DNA of 64,000 nt from an uncultured Acidimicrobiaceae bacterium (GCA_963742445.1 CAVULV010000003.1:67504-131503), one strand, 5' to 3'. Shown: positions 1 to 13,211, counted from the first letter of the stretch. The notes: a model not told the origin generated them from the letters alone. Program-made: numbers and translations.

Positions 1-1911
1 GAGACCGGCCTGCTCCCCCACGCCAACGCCGGCGCGCTGTTCCCCGAGGAGCTGGCCCGCCTGCGCGAGGTGTCGGCCAGCCAGGGGATGATGCTCGAGT
101 CGCTGGCCGAGGGCCTGGCGGCGCATCGCGGCGCACCCGACAAGGAGCCGGCGCGACGGCTGGCCACGCTCGAGGCCGCCGGCGAGCTCGCCATCCCCTT
201 CACGACGGGGATCCTGGTCGGCATCGGCGACGACCGGGCCGGCCAGCTGGCCGCCCTCCGGGCCATCGCCGCCTCGCACGGCCGGCACGGCCACGTGCAG
301 GAGGTCATCGTCCAGAACTTCCTGCCCAAGCCCGGGACGGCCATGGCCCGCGCCGAGCCGTGCCCGGCCGAGGACCTCGCAATGGGCCATCGTCGGCGGC
401 CCGCCTGGTCCTGCCGCCCGAGATCCACGTGCAGGCGCCCCCCAACCTCTCCGACGAGCTGCGCCCGCTCCTCGACGCCGGGATCGACGACTGGGGCGGC
501 GTGTCGCCGCTCACGGCCGACCACGTGAACCCCGAGCGGGCCTGGCCCGCGCTCGACGTGCTCCGCGAGGCCACCGAGGCGGCCGGCCACACCCTGGCGC
601 CCCGGCTGACCGTGTACCCCTCCTTCGCGCACGACCCCGGACGCTGGCTCGACCCCGCGCTGCGCTTCGCCGTGCTCGACGCCTCCGACGCCGAGGGCCT
701 GGCCCGCGACGACCTCCTGGTGCTCGGGAGGCGAGGCGCCACCGCCGGCGCTGCTCGACCGCAGGCTCCCGGCCGGTGCGGGCCGGGGTGGTGCGGTCGC
801 CGAGGTCCTCGCCGGTGTCGCCCTCGGCCAGGAGGTGGGTCCGGCCGAGATCGTGACCCTCTTCGGCGCCCGGGGCCCCGAGGTGCAGATGGTGGCCGCG
901 GTCGCCGACGAGCTGCGCCGGGCGACGGTGGGTGACGCCGTCACCTACGTGCGCAACCGCAACATCAACTACACGAACGTGTGCACGTTCAAGTGCCGCT
1001 TCTGCGCCTTCTCCAAGGGCCCGCTCTCGCTGAACCTCGCGCGGCGCCCCGTACCTGCTCGAACTGGACGAGGTCACGCGGCGCGTCGCCGAGGCAGAGG
1101 CCGAGGGCGCCACCGAGGTGTGCCTGCAGGGCGGCATCCACCCCGACTTCGACGGCGACTACTACCTGCACGTGCTCGAAGCGGTGCGGGCCGGGTCGGA
1201 GCGCATCCACATCCACGGCTTCACCGCGCTGGAGGTGACGGAGGGGGCACGGCGCTCCGGGGTGCCCCTGGCCGAGTACCTGACGCGCCTCAAGGAGGCC
1301 GGGCTCAAGACGCTCCCCGGCACGGCGGCCGAGATCCTCGACGACGACGTGCGCGCCCTGATCTGCCCGGACAAGATCAACACCGAGGAGTGGCTCGAGG
1401 CGCACCGCACCGCCCACGCGGTGGGCCTGCGCTCGAACATCACCATCATGTTCGGCTCGGTGGAGCAGCCGGTCAGCTGGGCCCGCCACATCGTGCGCAC
1501 CCGGGACCTGCAGCGCGAGACGGGTGGCTTCACCGAGTTCGTCCCGCTGCCCTTCGTGCACATGGCGACGCCGATCTACCTGCAGCGCAAGGCCCGCCGG
1601 GGTCCGACCTTCCGCGAGGCGCTGCTCATGCACGCCGTGGCGCGGATCGCCTACGCGGGGGACATCGACAACATCCAGGTCAGCTGGGTGAAGATGGGCG
1701 CCGAAGGGGCGCGCCAGCTGCTGCGGGCGGGCGCCAACGACCTGGGCGGCACGCTGATGGACGAGAACATCTCGCGGGCCGCCGGGGCGCAGCACGGGCA
1801 GCGCATGGGCGTCGAGGACCTCGAGGCCATCGTGGCCCCCCTGGGACGCCCGCTGGTGCAGCGCTCCACGCTGTACGCGCTGGCCGGGCCGGCGCCTCGT
1901 CGGGCGCGTGA
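1..1911 (+). CDS. fbiC: FO (7,8-didemethyl-8-hydroxy-5-deazariboflavin) synthase, fused CofG/CofH; 5'-partial, frame broken at least 3 times
   Basis: CofG-like 'AIPFTTGILVGIGDD..VQEVIVQNF' (ORF 70-528). Radical-SAM 'CTFKCRFC' (ORF 835-). CofH-like 'CLQGGIHPDF..FTEFVPLPFVH' (ORF 1118-). The pieces lie in three frames, switching near 360, 720-835 and 1040. The 3' end is approximate. Confidence 0.8.
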
Positions 1912-2933
1912 GCGGCGGCGTCGAGGAAGCGGCGCGCCGGAGCGCGTTCGACGCGCTCTTCGAGAACCACTCGCTCTCGCCGGCCCAGGCCCGGGAGCTC
2001 GACGCCATGATCGGGTCGCTGGGCGACATGGCGCGCGAGGGCACCGCCGTCGGCGACCTCAAGATCGCCAATGCGGCGCTGGGCGAGATGGCCGAGGCGT
2101 TCCGCGTCTTCCGCCCCTACCGCCACATCCGCAAGGTCACCATGTTCGGCTCGGCGCGCACGCGGCCGGAGGATCCGGTGTACGTGCTCGCCCGCAACCT
2201 GGCCGCCCGGCTGGCGGCGGCCGACTGGATGGTCGTCACCGGCGCCGGCCCCGGCATCATGGCGGCCGGGCTCGAGGGGGCGGGGCGGGACCACGCCTTC
2301 GGGGTCAACATCCGCCTCCCGCACGAGGAGGAGGCCAACGCCTTCATCGCACAGGACCCCAAGCTGGTCGAGATGCGCTACTTCTTCACGCGCAAGCTGA
2401 TGCTGATCAAGGAGTCCCACGCCTACGCCATCCTGCCGGGCGGCTTCGGCACCCAGGACGAGGCGTTCGAGCTCCTCACGCTGCTGCAGACCGGCAAGGC
2501 CGAGCCCGCGCCGGTGGTGATGATCGAGACGCCCGGCGGCACCTACTGGCACGCCTGGCTCCGCTTCGTCCAGGACGAGGCGATCACGGCGGGCTGGGTC
2601 TCGCCCGAGGACCGCGCCCTCTTCAAGGTGACCAACACGATGGAGGAGGCGAGCGAGGAGATCCTCGGCTTCTACCGCAACTACCACTCGTGCCGCTGGG
2701 TGGGCGACCTGCTGGTGCTGCGGGTGCAGGTGCAGCCGAGCAAGGCGGAGCTGGCCGACCTGAACACGCGCTTCGCCGACATCCTCGTCCGGGGCAGCAT
2801 CCGGACCGCCGCACCCTTCCCGCCCGAGCGCGACGACCATCCCGAGCTCCCCCGGTTGGCGCTGCGCTTCGACCGCTGGCACTACGCCCGCCTGCGCCAG
2901 CTCATCGACGCCGTCAACGAGTGCACGGGGTGA
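1908..2933 (+). CDS. LOG-family (TIGR00730-type) nucleotide 5'-monophosphate nucleosidase with N- and C-terminal extensions
   Basis: Intact 341-aa ORF with '[20 protein letters not shown]' and the '[12 protein letters not shown]' LOG signature. Its stop overlaps the next start (GTGA). Confidence 0.75.
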   Translation: MSGGVEEAARRSAFDALFENHSLSPAQARELDAMIGSLGDMAREGTAVGDLKIANAALGEMAEAFRVFRPYRHIRKVTMFGSARTRPEDPVYVLARNLAARLAAADWMVVTGAGPGIMAAGLEGAGRDHAFGVNIRLPHEEEANAFIAQDPKLVEMRYFFTRKLMLIKESHAYAILPGGFGTQDEAFELLTLLQTGKAEPAPVVMIETPGGTYWHAWLRFVQDEAITAGWVSPEDRALFKVTNTMEEASEEILGFYRNYHSCRWVGDLLVLRVQVQPSKAELADLNTRFADILVRGSIRTAAPFPPERDDHPELPRLALRFDRWHYARLRQLIDAVNECTG

Positions 2934-4462
2934 CGCGGGCCGGGCGATGGCCGGCGGCGGTGCTCCCGCTGCTGGCGTTCGCCTCGCTCGGGGTGACCGC
3001 GCCGCCCGCCGGCCGCCGCGCCACCACTCCCCCGCCCGACTCGGTCGTCGCCTTCGGCAGCACCGGCGTCGGTGCGAACGCCGTGCCGGACCCCAACGCG
3101 CCGGTGGTCGGCATGGCGGCGACGCCCGACGGCGGCGGCTACTGGCTCGTCGCCGCGCGACGGCGGCATCTTCAGCTACGGGGACGCCGGCTTCTTCGGG
3201 TCCGTCGGCATCGCTCCGGCTCAACGCGCCGATCGTGGGCCTGGCGGCCACACCCGACGGCGGCGGCTACTGGCTGGTGGCCCGTGACGGCGGCATCTTC
3301 AGCTACGGCGACGCCGGCTTCTTCGGCTCCGCGGGCTCGCTGCCCCTGAACGCACCCATCGTCGGCATGGCGGCGACGCCGGACGGCGGGGGCTACTGGC
3401 TCGTCGCCTCCGACGGCGGCATCTTCAGCTACGGCGACGCCCGGTTCGCCGGCTCCAGCGGCGGCATGGCCCTGAACGCGCCGGTGGTCGGCATGGCGGC
3501 GACCCCCGACGGCGGCGGCTACTGGCTGGTGGCCCGCGACGGCGGCGTCTTCGGCTACGGCGACGCCGGCTTCTCCGGCTCCGCCGGCTCGCTCGCGCTG
3601 GCGGCGCCGATCGTGGGCATGGCGGCCGGCCCCGGGGGCGTCGGGCTACTGGCTGGTGGCCCGGGACGGCGGGATCTTCGGGTACGGGGACGCGCCCTAC
3701 CACGGCTCCCTCGGGGGGACGGCCCTCGGCGGGCCCGCAGTCGGGATGGCGGCGACCCGTGGCGGCGCGGGCTACTGGATCGCCCTGGGTTCGGCGCCCT
3801 TGGCCGGCAAGGTCGTCGGCATCGACCCCGGTCACAACGGGCTGAACTACAGCGCGCCGGGCGTCGTGAACCAGACCGTCTTCAACGGCACGGGGCCCGA
3901 GTCGTGCGACACGACGGGCACCGCCACCGACAGCGGGTACACCGAGGCGCAGTTCAACTTCGACGTGGCGTCCCTGCTCGAGGCCGATCTCGAGGCGGAG
4001 GGGGCGACCGTCGTGCTGACCCGGCCCGACAACGGCGGCGTGGGACCGTGCGTCACCACCCGCGCCGCCATCATCAATGCGTCGCACGCGGACGTGGCCG
4101 TCGACATCCACGCCGACGGGGGGCCGCCCGGCGGGCGCGGCTTCTCGGTGCTCGAGCCGGTGGCCGACGGTCCCAACGACGGCGTCGTCGGCACGTCGGC
4201 CGCGTTCGCGTCCATGCTGCGCGACGCCTTCGTGGCCGGCACCGCCATGCCGGTGAGCACCTACGACGGGGTGGACGGCCTGCAGACCCGGAACGACCTC
4301 GCCGGCCTCAACCTGACCACGGTGCCCAAGGTGCTCATCGAGTGCGGCAACATGCGCAACGCCACCGATGCCGCGCTGCTCGTGACGCCGGCCTTCCAGC
4401 AGGCGGCGGCGGCCGCCATGGCCCAGGCCGTGACCGAGTTCGTGACGGGCCGCCCGGCCTGA
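2930..4462 (+). CDS. Secreted protein: signal peptide, about 5.5 copies of the 'GGGYWLVA(S/R)[15 protein letters not shown]' repeat, and a C-terminal Amidase_3 (N-acetylmuramoyl-L-alanine amidase); about 3 frame breaks
   Basis: N-terminus '[16 protein letters not shown]'. Repeats are in ORFs 1118-3349 (tail), 3072-3287 and 2947-4515. Amidase motifs 'GIDPGHNG', '[11 protein letters not shown]' and 'VAVDIHADG' are in ORF 3656-4462. Confidence 0.75.
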
Positions 4463-4466
4463 CCAG

Positions 4467-5008
4467 TCAGCCCGGGCGGCCGAGGGGCGCCCGCACCAGG
4501 GTCGAGTACACGTGACCCGCCGGCGAGGGTTCCGAGGCCACCAGGTCGACGGCGTCGACGGCGAACGCGCGCCGCGAAGGGGATGCCGGCCAGCTCGGCC
4601 TGGGCCGCGGCGCCCAGGCGGCCCTTGGCCCGGGCCAGCGTCAGGTGGCCGTTGAAGGACGGCTCGCCCTGCTCCGGCTCGGGCACCAGGGCGATCGTGG
4701 CGGCCCGCACCGCCTCGGCCAGGCCGTCGAGCCCGCCGGCGGGGAGCTGGAGCACGCGGACCCCGGTGAACCACCCCGTCGCCGGCCCCAGCCGGCACTC
4801 GAGCGGGCCCGGAAGGCCGGCGGCCGCCGCCGTCAGCGCCCGGCCCAGGGGTGCGAGCAGGTCGTCGGCCACGTCACCGAGGAAGCGCAGCGTGACGTGC
4901 CAGCGGGCCGGGCCGACGAGGCGGAGGTTCTTCGACCGTCCCAGCTCCAGGCCGGCCAGGCGCCGCCCGGGTCGCGTCGTCCGGCCAGGCGGCCACGAAG
5001 GCCCGCAC
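4467..5008 (-). CDS. thpR: RNA 2',3'-cyclic phosphodiesterase / 2'-5' RNA ligase family (2H phosphoesterase); frame breaks near both ends
   Basis: Two HxT/S motifs, 'WHVTLRFLG' and 'GHLTLARA', in ORF 4261-5166. The alternative-frame N-terminus '[14 protein letters not shown]' and C-terminus '[23 protein letters not shown]' fit the family. Confidence 0.7.
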
Positions 5009-5020
5009 CGCGACGCCGGC

Positions 5021-5272
5021 TCAGGCGGCGCCGTCGTCGAGGGGCTCGCGTCCCGCGGCGGTGCCCTCGTGCAGCGCGGCGATGGACCTCTCGAGGGCCC
5101 GGCGGGCCTTGACGATGCGCCGCTCCACGGCGAGGGCCTCCCCGGTCTCCGCCGAGTCCGGGTCACCCGAGGTGGCGCGCCGCAGGGCGTCGATCGCCAT
5201 GTCGGTCAGCTCCTCGACCATCGACTCGAGGCGCTCGGCCAGGTCCTCCATGGCCTCGCTCGGGCCGCTCAC
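5021..5272 (-). CDS. Small acidic helical hypothetical protein (about 76-83 aa)
   Basis: '[25 protein letters not shown]..' sits between the acyl-CoA ligase stop (5269) and the thpR start. A GTG overlaps the upstream stop. No family recognised. Confidence 0.35.
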   Translation of the reverse strand: MSGPSEAMEDLAERLESMVEELTDMAIDALRRATSGDPDSAETGEALAVERRIVKARRALERSIAALHEGTAAGREPLDDGAA

Positions 5273-6890
5273 TTGGGCAGCGGCGTGCTCTGCACCTCGT
5301 AGGCGCCGTCGGCGTGGGCGGCCCGCATGACCTTCTTGTCGAACTTGCCCACGCTCGTCTTGGGCACCTCGGTGATGAACGTCCACTGCTCGGGCAGCCA
5401 CCAGCGGGGCACGCGGTCGGTCAGGAACGCGACCAGGTCGGCGGGCGCCGGCGAGCGGCCCGGGCTTCGGCACGACGGCCACCAGCGGGCGCTCGGACCA
5501 CTTCGCGTCGGGGACGGCGATGACGGCCGCCTCGAAGACGTCCGGGTGGGCCATCACGGCGTTCTCGAGCTCGACCGAGGAGATCCACTCCCCGCCGGAC
5601 TTGATGACGTCCTTGGTGCGGTCCGAGATCGTCATGTAGCCCTGGCTGTCGAGGGTGCCGACGTCGCCGGTGCACAGCCAGCCGTCGTGGAACCGCGCCG
5701 GGTCCTCGTCCTTGTAGTACGAGCCGGTGATCCACGGGCCGCGGATCTCGAACTCGCCGACCGACATGCCGTCGTTGGGCAGCACCGTCCCGTCCTCGGC
5801 CACGACGCGGACCTCGACGCCGCCGACGACCCGGCCCGCCTTGACCTTGTAGTACATGTCGTCGTGCCCGTCGTGCTTGCGGGCGGGCGGCAGCCCGAAG
5901 GCGGCCAGCGGGCTGGTCTCGGTCATGCCCCAGCCCTGGATGATGGTGGCACCGAACCGCGTCTCGAACGCCTCGATCAGCGACTGCGGGACGGCGGCCC
6001 CGCCGGCCGTGATGGCGCGGACGCTCGAGAAGTCGATCGGCGTGTCGAGCGCGAGCAGGCCGTTCCAGATGGTCGGCACGCCGCACATGAGCGTCGGGTG
6101 GTGCTCGTTGATGACCGCGGCCAGGTGGTTCCCCATGAGGAACATCTGCGGCATGATCATGTCGGTGCCGGCCATCCACGCCGCCGTAGGGGGTGCCCCA
6201 GGCCATGGCGTGGAACATCGGGACGATGATCAGGATGCGGTCCGACTCCGTCATGCCGACGGAGGAGGCGGCCTGCTCGGCCATGGTGTGCAGCCAGGTC
6301 GAGCGGTGCGAGTACACGACGCCCTTCGGGTTGCCGGTGGTGCCGCTCGTGTAGCACATGGCCGCGGCGGAACGCTCGTCGAGGACGGGCCATTCGAAAC
6401 CGGGCTCCTCGGCGGCCAGCAGCCGCTCGTAGGACAGCGTCTCCCCGAGGGGCGAGGTGTCGCCCTCGCCGGCCACGATGATGGTCTCGACGGTCTTCAG
6501 CTCGTCCTTGACGGCGGCGAGCAGGGGGATCAGCGAGGCGTCCACGATGATGACGCGGTCCTCGGCGTGGTTGATGACGTAGGTCAGCTGGTCGGCGGGG
6601 AGCCGGATGTTGAGCGTGTGCAGGACCGCGCCCATGGAGGGGATGGCGAGGTAGGCCTCGAGGTGACCCTGGTTGTTCCAGGCGAAGGTGCCGACCCGGT
6701 CCCCCGGCTGGACGCCCAGCCGGGTCAGGGCGGCGGCCAGCTTCTCCGCCCTGGTCGCCACCTCGGCGAAGGTGGCCGCCCGGTGCCCGCCCTCCTCGAC
6801 GGTGACGACGGTGCTGTCGCCGTGCACCTGCTGCCCGTGACGGAGGATGTCGCTGATCAGGAGCGGGGCGTCCTGCATGGTGCTTTTCAT
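5269..6890 (-). CDS. Long-chain fatty-acid--CoA ligase (AMP-binding family); 2 frame breaks
   Basis: '[12 protein letters not shown]', 'GWGMTETSP', '[31 protein letters not shown]' and C-terminal '[11 protein letters not shown]' are spread over ORFs 5421-6890, 5021-6175 and a third frame at 5269-5460. Confidence 0.85.
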
Positions 6891-7002
6891 GGCCCAAGTA
6901 TGGCGAGCGCGCCCTTGCTCTGCCCAGCGGCGCAGCGGCCCGACCGTTCCGTGTCATGGAACCGGCGCCGGAACCCGCACCCCCCGCCCCCGGTACGCGG
7001 CG

Positions 7003-7973
7003 ATGAGGGGCGTCGTCGCGGCCGGGCTGGCCGTCGCCCTGGCGGCGGCGCTCGTGGGCACGGCGGTGGCGGCCTCGGCCCTCTCGCTGCTCGGGGTCGG
7101 TGGGGGCCCGCGCCGCCGGCCCCGGGCGGCCGGCGGCGCGGGCGGTCCGATCCCACCGGCCATGCTGGTCCTCTACCAGGACGCCGCGGCGACCTGTCCC
7201 GGCCTGCCGTGGACCGTGCTGGCCGCCATCGGCACCGTCGAGTCGGACAACGGGCGAGTCGACCCTGGCCGGGGTGCACAGCGGGGCCAACCCGGCGGGC
7301 GCGGAGGGACCGATGCAGTTCGAGCCGGCCACCTTCGCCGCCTACGACGAGCCGGTGCCCCCGGGCGGCGCCGACCCGCCCAGCCCCTACGACCCCACCG
7401 ATGCCGTCTACGCGGCGGCCCGTCTCCTGTGCGCCAACGGCGCCTCCGGCGGGGCCGACATCGCGGCGGCCGTGTACGCCTACAACCACTCGGCGTCCTA
7501 CGTGGCCCAGGTCCTCGCGCTGGCGCAGTCGCTGGCGGGTGCCGGGCCCGGCTGCCGCGGCGGGGACGCCGGTCACGGGCGCGGGCACGGTGGCGCTGGC
7601 CTGGGCGCTCGCGCAGATCGGCACGCCCTACGTCTGGGGCGGCGAGAGCCCGGGCGTGGGTTTCGACTGCTCCGGGCTGGTCCAGGCCGCCTACCGGGTG
7701 GCGGGCGTCGCACTGCCCCGGGTGGCCCAGGACCAGTACGACGGCACGCCGAAGCTGGCGCCCGGCCAGCCGCTGGCGCCCGGCGACCTCGTCTTCTTCG
7801 GCACCGGGCCCGGCGCCATCGACCACGTCGGCCTCTACGCCGGCGTCGTCGGCGGCGCAGCCGTCATGGTCGACGCGCCGCACACGGGGGCCGACGTCCG
7901 CGCCGAGGCCTTCCCCGCCACCGTGGGCGCGCCGTTCGGCGGAATGCAGTTCGTCGGGGCGACCAGGCCCTGA
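7003..7973 (+). CDS. Secreted cell-wall hydrolase: SLT-like lytic transglycosylase domain plus C-terminal NlpC/P60 peptidase; 2 frame breaks
   Basis: Signal-like 'MRGVVAAGLAVALAAAL'. 'AIGTVESDNG..GPMQFEPATF' is SLT-like. 'GTPYVWGGESPGVGFDCSGLVQAAY..IDHVGLY' is NlpC/P60. The pieces lie in three frames. Confidence 0.8.
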
Positions 7974-7999
7974 GCGGCATGCCGGGGCTCTGATCATCT

Positions 8000-8585
8000 C
8001 CTGACCGGCGCCGAGCCGGGCTCGGGCGACCGGCGTGAGGAGGTGATCCCAGATCGGCAGTGAGGACACCGCGGCCTCCGGGTAGGTCTCAATTTCGAGA
8101 TAGTTGATCCCGCCGTACGCCGCGCTCAGCTGGTCCTGGATCCCGCTCTGGACTCCGAGGGTGTCGACCTCGAGCAGATGTGCTGCGTAGGCGATGTCTC
8201 GCGGGGAGCATGGCTCCTGGCGCAGGGCCGCCAATGCACCCAGCAGGGCAACCGCAACCGATGCAGACGTGCCCGTGCCGCAACCAGCCGGCACGCCGGA
8301 ACGAACACTGACTTCCACGGCGAGGGATCCCGGGGGCGGGAGGGAGTCGATGGCGGCCTCCAGCAGTGGGTGGCACGCGACGCGGGGAACTCTCGGGACG
8401 ATGGCGTACCGGTCCCCGAAGGTCTCCGCGTCGAGCAGCACTGGATCCGGGCCTCCGGTCGTGCGGATCGACACCTCCACTCCCGGCGTGACGGCGACGT
8501 TCAAGATCCGGCCCGGCCCCCCGAACCAGGTGTCGGTCCACCCGCCGATGTCGCAGATCCGCACGGGCGCCGACGCCTCGATCAT
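8000..8585 (-). pseudogene. GHMP-kinase family gene remnant (N-terminal ~195 aa only)
   Basis: '[21 protein letters not shown]' and the GHMP motif 'VPAGCGTGTSASVAVA'. The C-terminal half is missing and the ORF runs into the convergent hydrolase gene. Locally lower G+C. Confidence 0.55.
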
Positions 8586-8651
8586 CGCCCAGCGCCCCCA
8601 CGAGTGCTCGTCCACGCCACGCCGCGACCTCCGTTCACTGCCATCCACAGT

Positions 8652-8683
8652 CTATCGTAACACGATGCTATCGTAATACGATG
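8652..8683 (+). promoter_or_regulatory. Tandem 16-bp repeat with two palindromic boxes (ATCGTAAYACGAT); candidate MarR operator
   Basis: 'CTATCGTAACACGATG' followed by 'CTATCGTAATACGATG'. Each contains the inverted repeat ATCGT-N3-ACGAT. The second box ends in the marR start codon. Confidence 0.5.
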
Positions 8684-9127
8684 CGATTGCGGGACCACGA
8701 CTACGAGGACCTGCTGACGCTGCGCACGGGACTTCGGCGCCTCCTGCGCTGGAGCGAGCAGCAGGCCGAGGCGGCCGGGCTGACGCCGGCGCAGCACCAG
8801 TTGCTGCTCGCCATCCGGGGGCACCGCGACCGCCGCGGCCCCACCGTGGGCGAGGTGGCCGACTACCTGCTGCTCCGGCACCACAGCGCGGTCGGACTGG
8901 TCGACCGGGCCGACGCGGCTGGGCTGGTGAAGCGGGACCGCGACCCCGAGGACCACCGGGTCGTCCGCCTGCAGCTGACCGCGGCCGGCACCAAGCGGCT
9001 CGAGGCGCTCTCCGAGCTCCACCGCGAGGAGCTCGAGCGGCTCGCCCTCCGGCTCCCCGAGCGCCTGGCGGGGGCTGCTGCCGCGCCAGCCGCTGCACGG
9101 CCTCGAGGGTCGCGCCGTAGGCGCTAG
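8681..9127 (+). CDS. MarR-family transcriptional regulator
   Basis: 148-aa ORF with winged-helix pattern '[54 protein letters not shown]'. Confidence 0.75.
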   Translation: MRLRDHDYEDLLTLRTGLRRLLRWSEQQAEAAGLTPAQHQLLLAIRGHRDRRGPTVGEVADYLLLRHHSAVGLVDRADAAGLVKRDRDPEDHRVVRLQLTAAGTKRLEALSELHREELERLALRLPERLAGAAAAPAAARPRGSRRRR

Positions 9128-10766
9128 ACGGTCCTCGCCCCGCAACGTCCGGTAGCGGCGCACCAGCGACGCCGTCGACGAGTCCTGGGCCGAGAGGTCG
9201 GGGGCCGACGGCGCGGTCAGGAGCGGCGCCAGCTCCTTCGCCATCACCTTGCCGAGCTCGACGCCCCACTGGTCGAAGGAATCGATGCCCCACACCGTGC
9301 CCTCCACGAACACGGTGTGCTCGTAGAGGGCCACGAGCTGCCCCAGCACCGACGGCGTCAGCTTCGGGGCGAGGATGGTGGAACTGGGCCGGTTGCCCGG
9401 CATGACCTTGTGCGGCACCAGCTCGGGGGGCGTGCCCTCGGCCGCGATCTCCTCGGCCGTCTTGCCGAAGGCCAGGGCCTTGGTCTGCGCCAGGCAGTTG
9501 GCCACGAGGAGGTCGTGCTGCTCCCCCGTCTCGTGGGTGCTCTCGGCGAAGGCGATGAAGTCGGCCGGGACCAGCTTCGTGCCCTGGTGCAGCAGCTGGT
9601 AGAAGGCGTGCTGCCCGTTGGTGCCCGGCTCGCCCCAGAAGATCTCCCCCGTCTGCCCCACCACGGGGGTGCCGTCGAGCCGCACCGACTTGCCGTTCGA
9701 CTCCATCGTCAGCTGCTGCAGGTAGGCCGGGAAGCGGGCCAGCCGGTGGCTGTAGGGCAGCACGGCGTGGGTCTGGGCGCCGAAGAAGTTGTCGTACCAG
9801 ACGTTGAGCATGCCCTGGATGACCGGGAGGTTCTCGGCCAGCGGCGCCGTCCGGAAGTGCTCGTCCACGGCGTAGAAGCCGAAGAGCATCTCGCCGAAGG
9901 CCTGGCGGCCGATGGCCACCATGAGCGAGAACCCGATGGCCGAGTCGTAGGAGTAGCGGCCACCGACCCAGTCCCAGAACTCGAGCATGTTGGCGGGGTC
10001 GATCCCGAACTCGGCCACCGCCGTGGCGTTGGTGGAGACGGCGACGAAGTGCTTGGCCACCGCGTCGTCGCCCGGCCGCCGCACCCAGCCCGCGCAGCAG
10101 CCAGTCCCGGGCCGCCGCCGCGTTGGTCAGCGTCTCGAGCGTCGTGAAGGTCTTCGAGCTCACCACGAACAGCGTCGAGGCCGGATCGAGGTCGTGCGTG
10201 GCGGCGTAGAGGTCGACCGGGTCGACGTTGGAGACGAAACGGCTCACCAGTCCCGGCTGCGCGTAGTCGGCCAGCGCGAGCGTCGCCATGGCCGGCCCGA
10301 GGTCCGACCCGCCGATGCCGATGTTGACCACGGCGTCGATCCGCCGGCCGGTGGCGCCGGTCCACGATCCGTTGCGGATGCGCTCCGAGAGCTCCCCCAT
10401 CTTCGCCAGCACCGCGTGCACGTCGCCGGCGACGTCCTGCCCGTCGACGACGAGCTCGCTGCCGGGCGGCAGGCGCAGGGCCACGTGCAGGACGGCCCGG
10501 TCCTCCGTCGTGTTGATGTGCTCGCCGGAGAACATCGCGTCGCGATGCTCCTCGACCCCCGCCGCCCGGGCGACGTCCATGAGGAGACGCAGGGTCTCGT
10601 CGGTGACCCGGTGCTTGGAGTAGTCGAGGACGAGGTCGGCCCCCTGTGCCGTGAACCGGGCCGCCCGTTCGGGGTCCTCGGCGAAGAGCTCGCGCAGGTG
10701 GCGCTCCGCCATCCGCTCGTAGTGCGCCCCGAGGGCCTGCCACTCCGGTGTCGCCGTCGCGTCCAT
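9122..10766 (-). CDS. pgi: Glucose-6-phosphate isomerase; about 2 frame breaks
   Basis: '[10 protein letters not shown]', '[11 protein letters not shown]', '[12 protein letters not shown]' and '[18 protein letters not shown]' are split between ORFs 8652-11396 and 8582-10084. Confidence 0.9.
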
Positions 10767-10776
10767 GCCCGGCAAT

Positions 10777-11585
10777 CTACGGGTCCGTCCGCGGTGCCGC
10801 GCCCGACGACCAGGAACGAGACGATGGCCGGGAGCGCGGCCGGATCCTGCACGAAGAAGAGGTGCCCGCCGTCGAACATCTCGAGCTGCGCGCGCGGGGA
10901 TGGACGCAGCCAGGAATTCGCTGTTGGCCGGCGGGGCGATGCCGTCGAAGCGGCCGCCGCAGACGAGGGTCGGGCACGCGATCGCCCCGAGGCGGGCGGC
11001 GGTGTCGTGCCGGGCGCGGGCGGCGAGCTGGTTGGCCAAGCCGGGTTCCCGCCGCCCGGTCGAGGCGCGCCCGCTCGGTGGATCATCTCCGCCATGTCGG
11101 GGTGCGCCCGGCGCCAGCCGGCGTCCCAGCGAGAATCGAGGAGCTCCATCTGCCTGATCGCCCGCTCCTCGGGGTCGAGGTCCACCAGCTCGTGCAGCGG
11201 GAAGGAGGCGCCGCCCGCACCGCCGGCCGACGTGCAGGCCAGGACGAGCCGGCGCACCTGCGCGGGATGCCCGATGGCGAGCTCCTGGGCCACCATCCCG
11301 CCGAAGGAGACCCCGAGGACCAGGCAGTCGTCCCAGCCCACCCGCTCGAGGAGCGCCGCGGCGTCGTCGGCGAAGTCGGCCATGGCGTAGGGCCACGGGG
11401 GCGTGCTCGAGCGGCCGAGGCCGCGCTGGTCGTAGGCGAGGACCTCGAACGCTCGGCCGAGCGGGCCGTCGCTCACGCGCAGGCCGTCGCGCAGGTCGCC
11501 GCCGGTGCCGCAGATCACCAGCAGGTGCTCTCCGCTCCCCGACGCTCGTAGTAGAGGGACACGCCGTTGGCGTCGCACCGGGGCA
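10777..11585 (-). CDS. Alpha/beta-hydrolase fold protein; several frame breaks, ends approximate
   Basis: '[14 protein letters not shown]' (GxSxG nucleophile elbow), '[10 protein letters not shown]' and '[16 protein letters not shown]' occur in different frames of ORFs 10244-12499 and 8652-11396. Confidence 0.6.
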
Positions 11586-11670
11586 CGTCCCACTGTACCG
11601 ACCACCTGCCCGGGGCCGGGAGCCGCCGTCCCTCGCCGCCTCTCGACGCCGACGGCGGCTCCGGGGCGGC

Positions 11671-13203
<1,533 letters not shown>

Positions 13204-13211
<8 letters not shown>

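Noticed and set aside
6891-7002. Possible c-di-AMP (ydaO-type) riboswitch in the 5' region of the SLT+NlpC/P60 hydrolase gene, as is known upstream of actinobacterial cell-wall hydrolases.
   Set aside because: Only a weak resemblance in the 3' part ('CCGGAACCCGCAC...GGTACGCG'). I cannot find the 5' conserved elements (for example GGGGUGAAUC-like), and the spacer is only 112 nt. A cmsearch with Rfam RF00379 would be needed before any claim.
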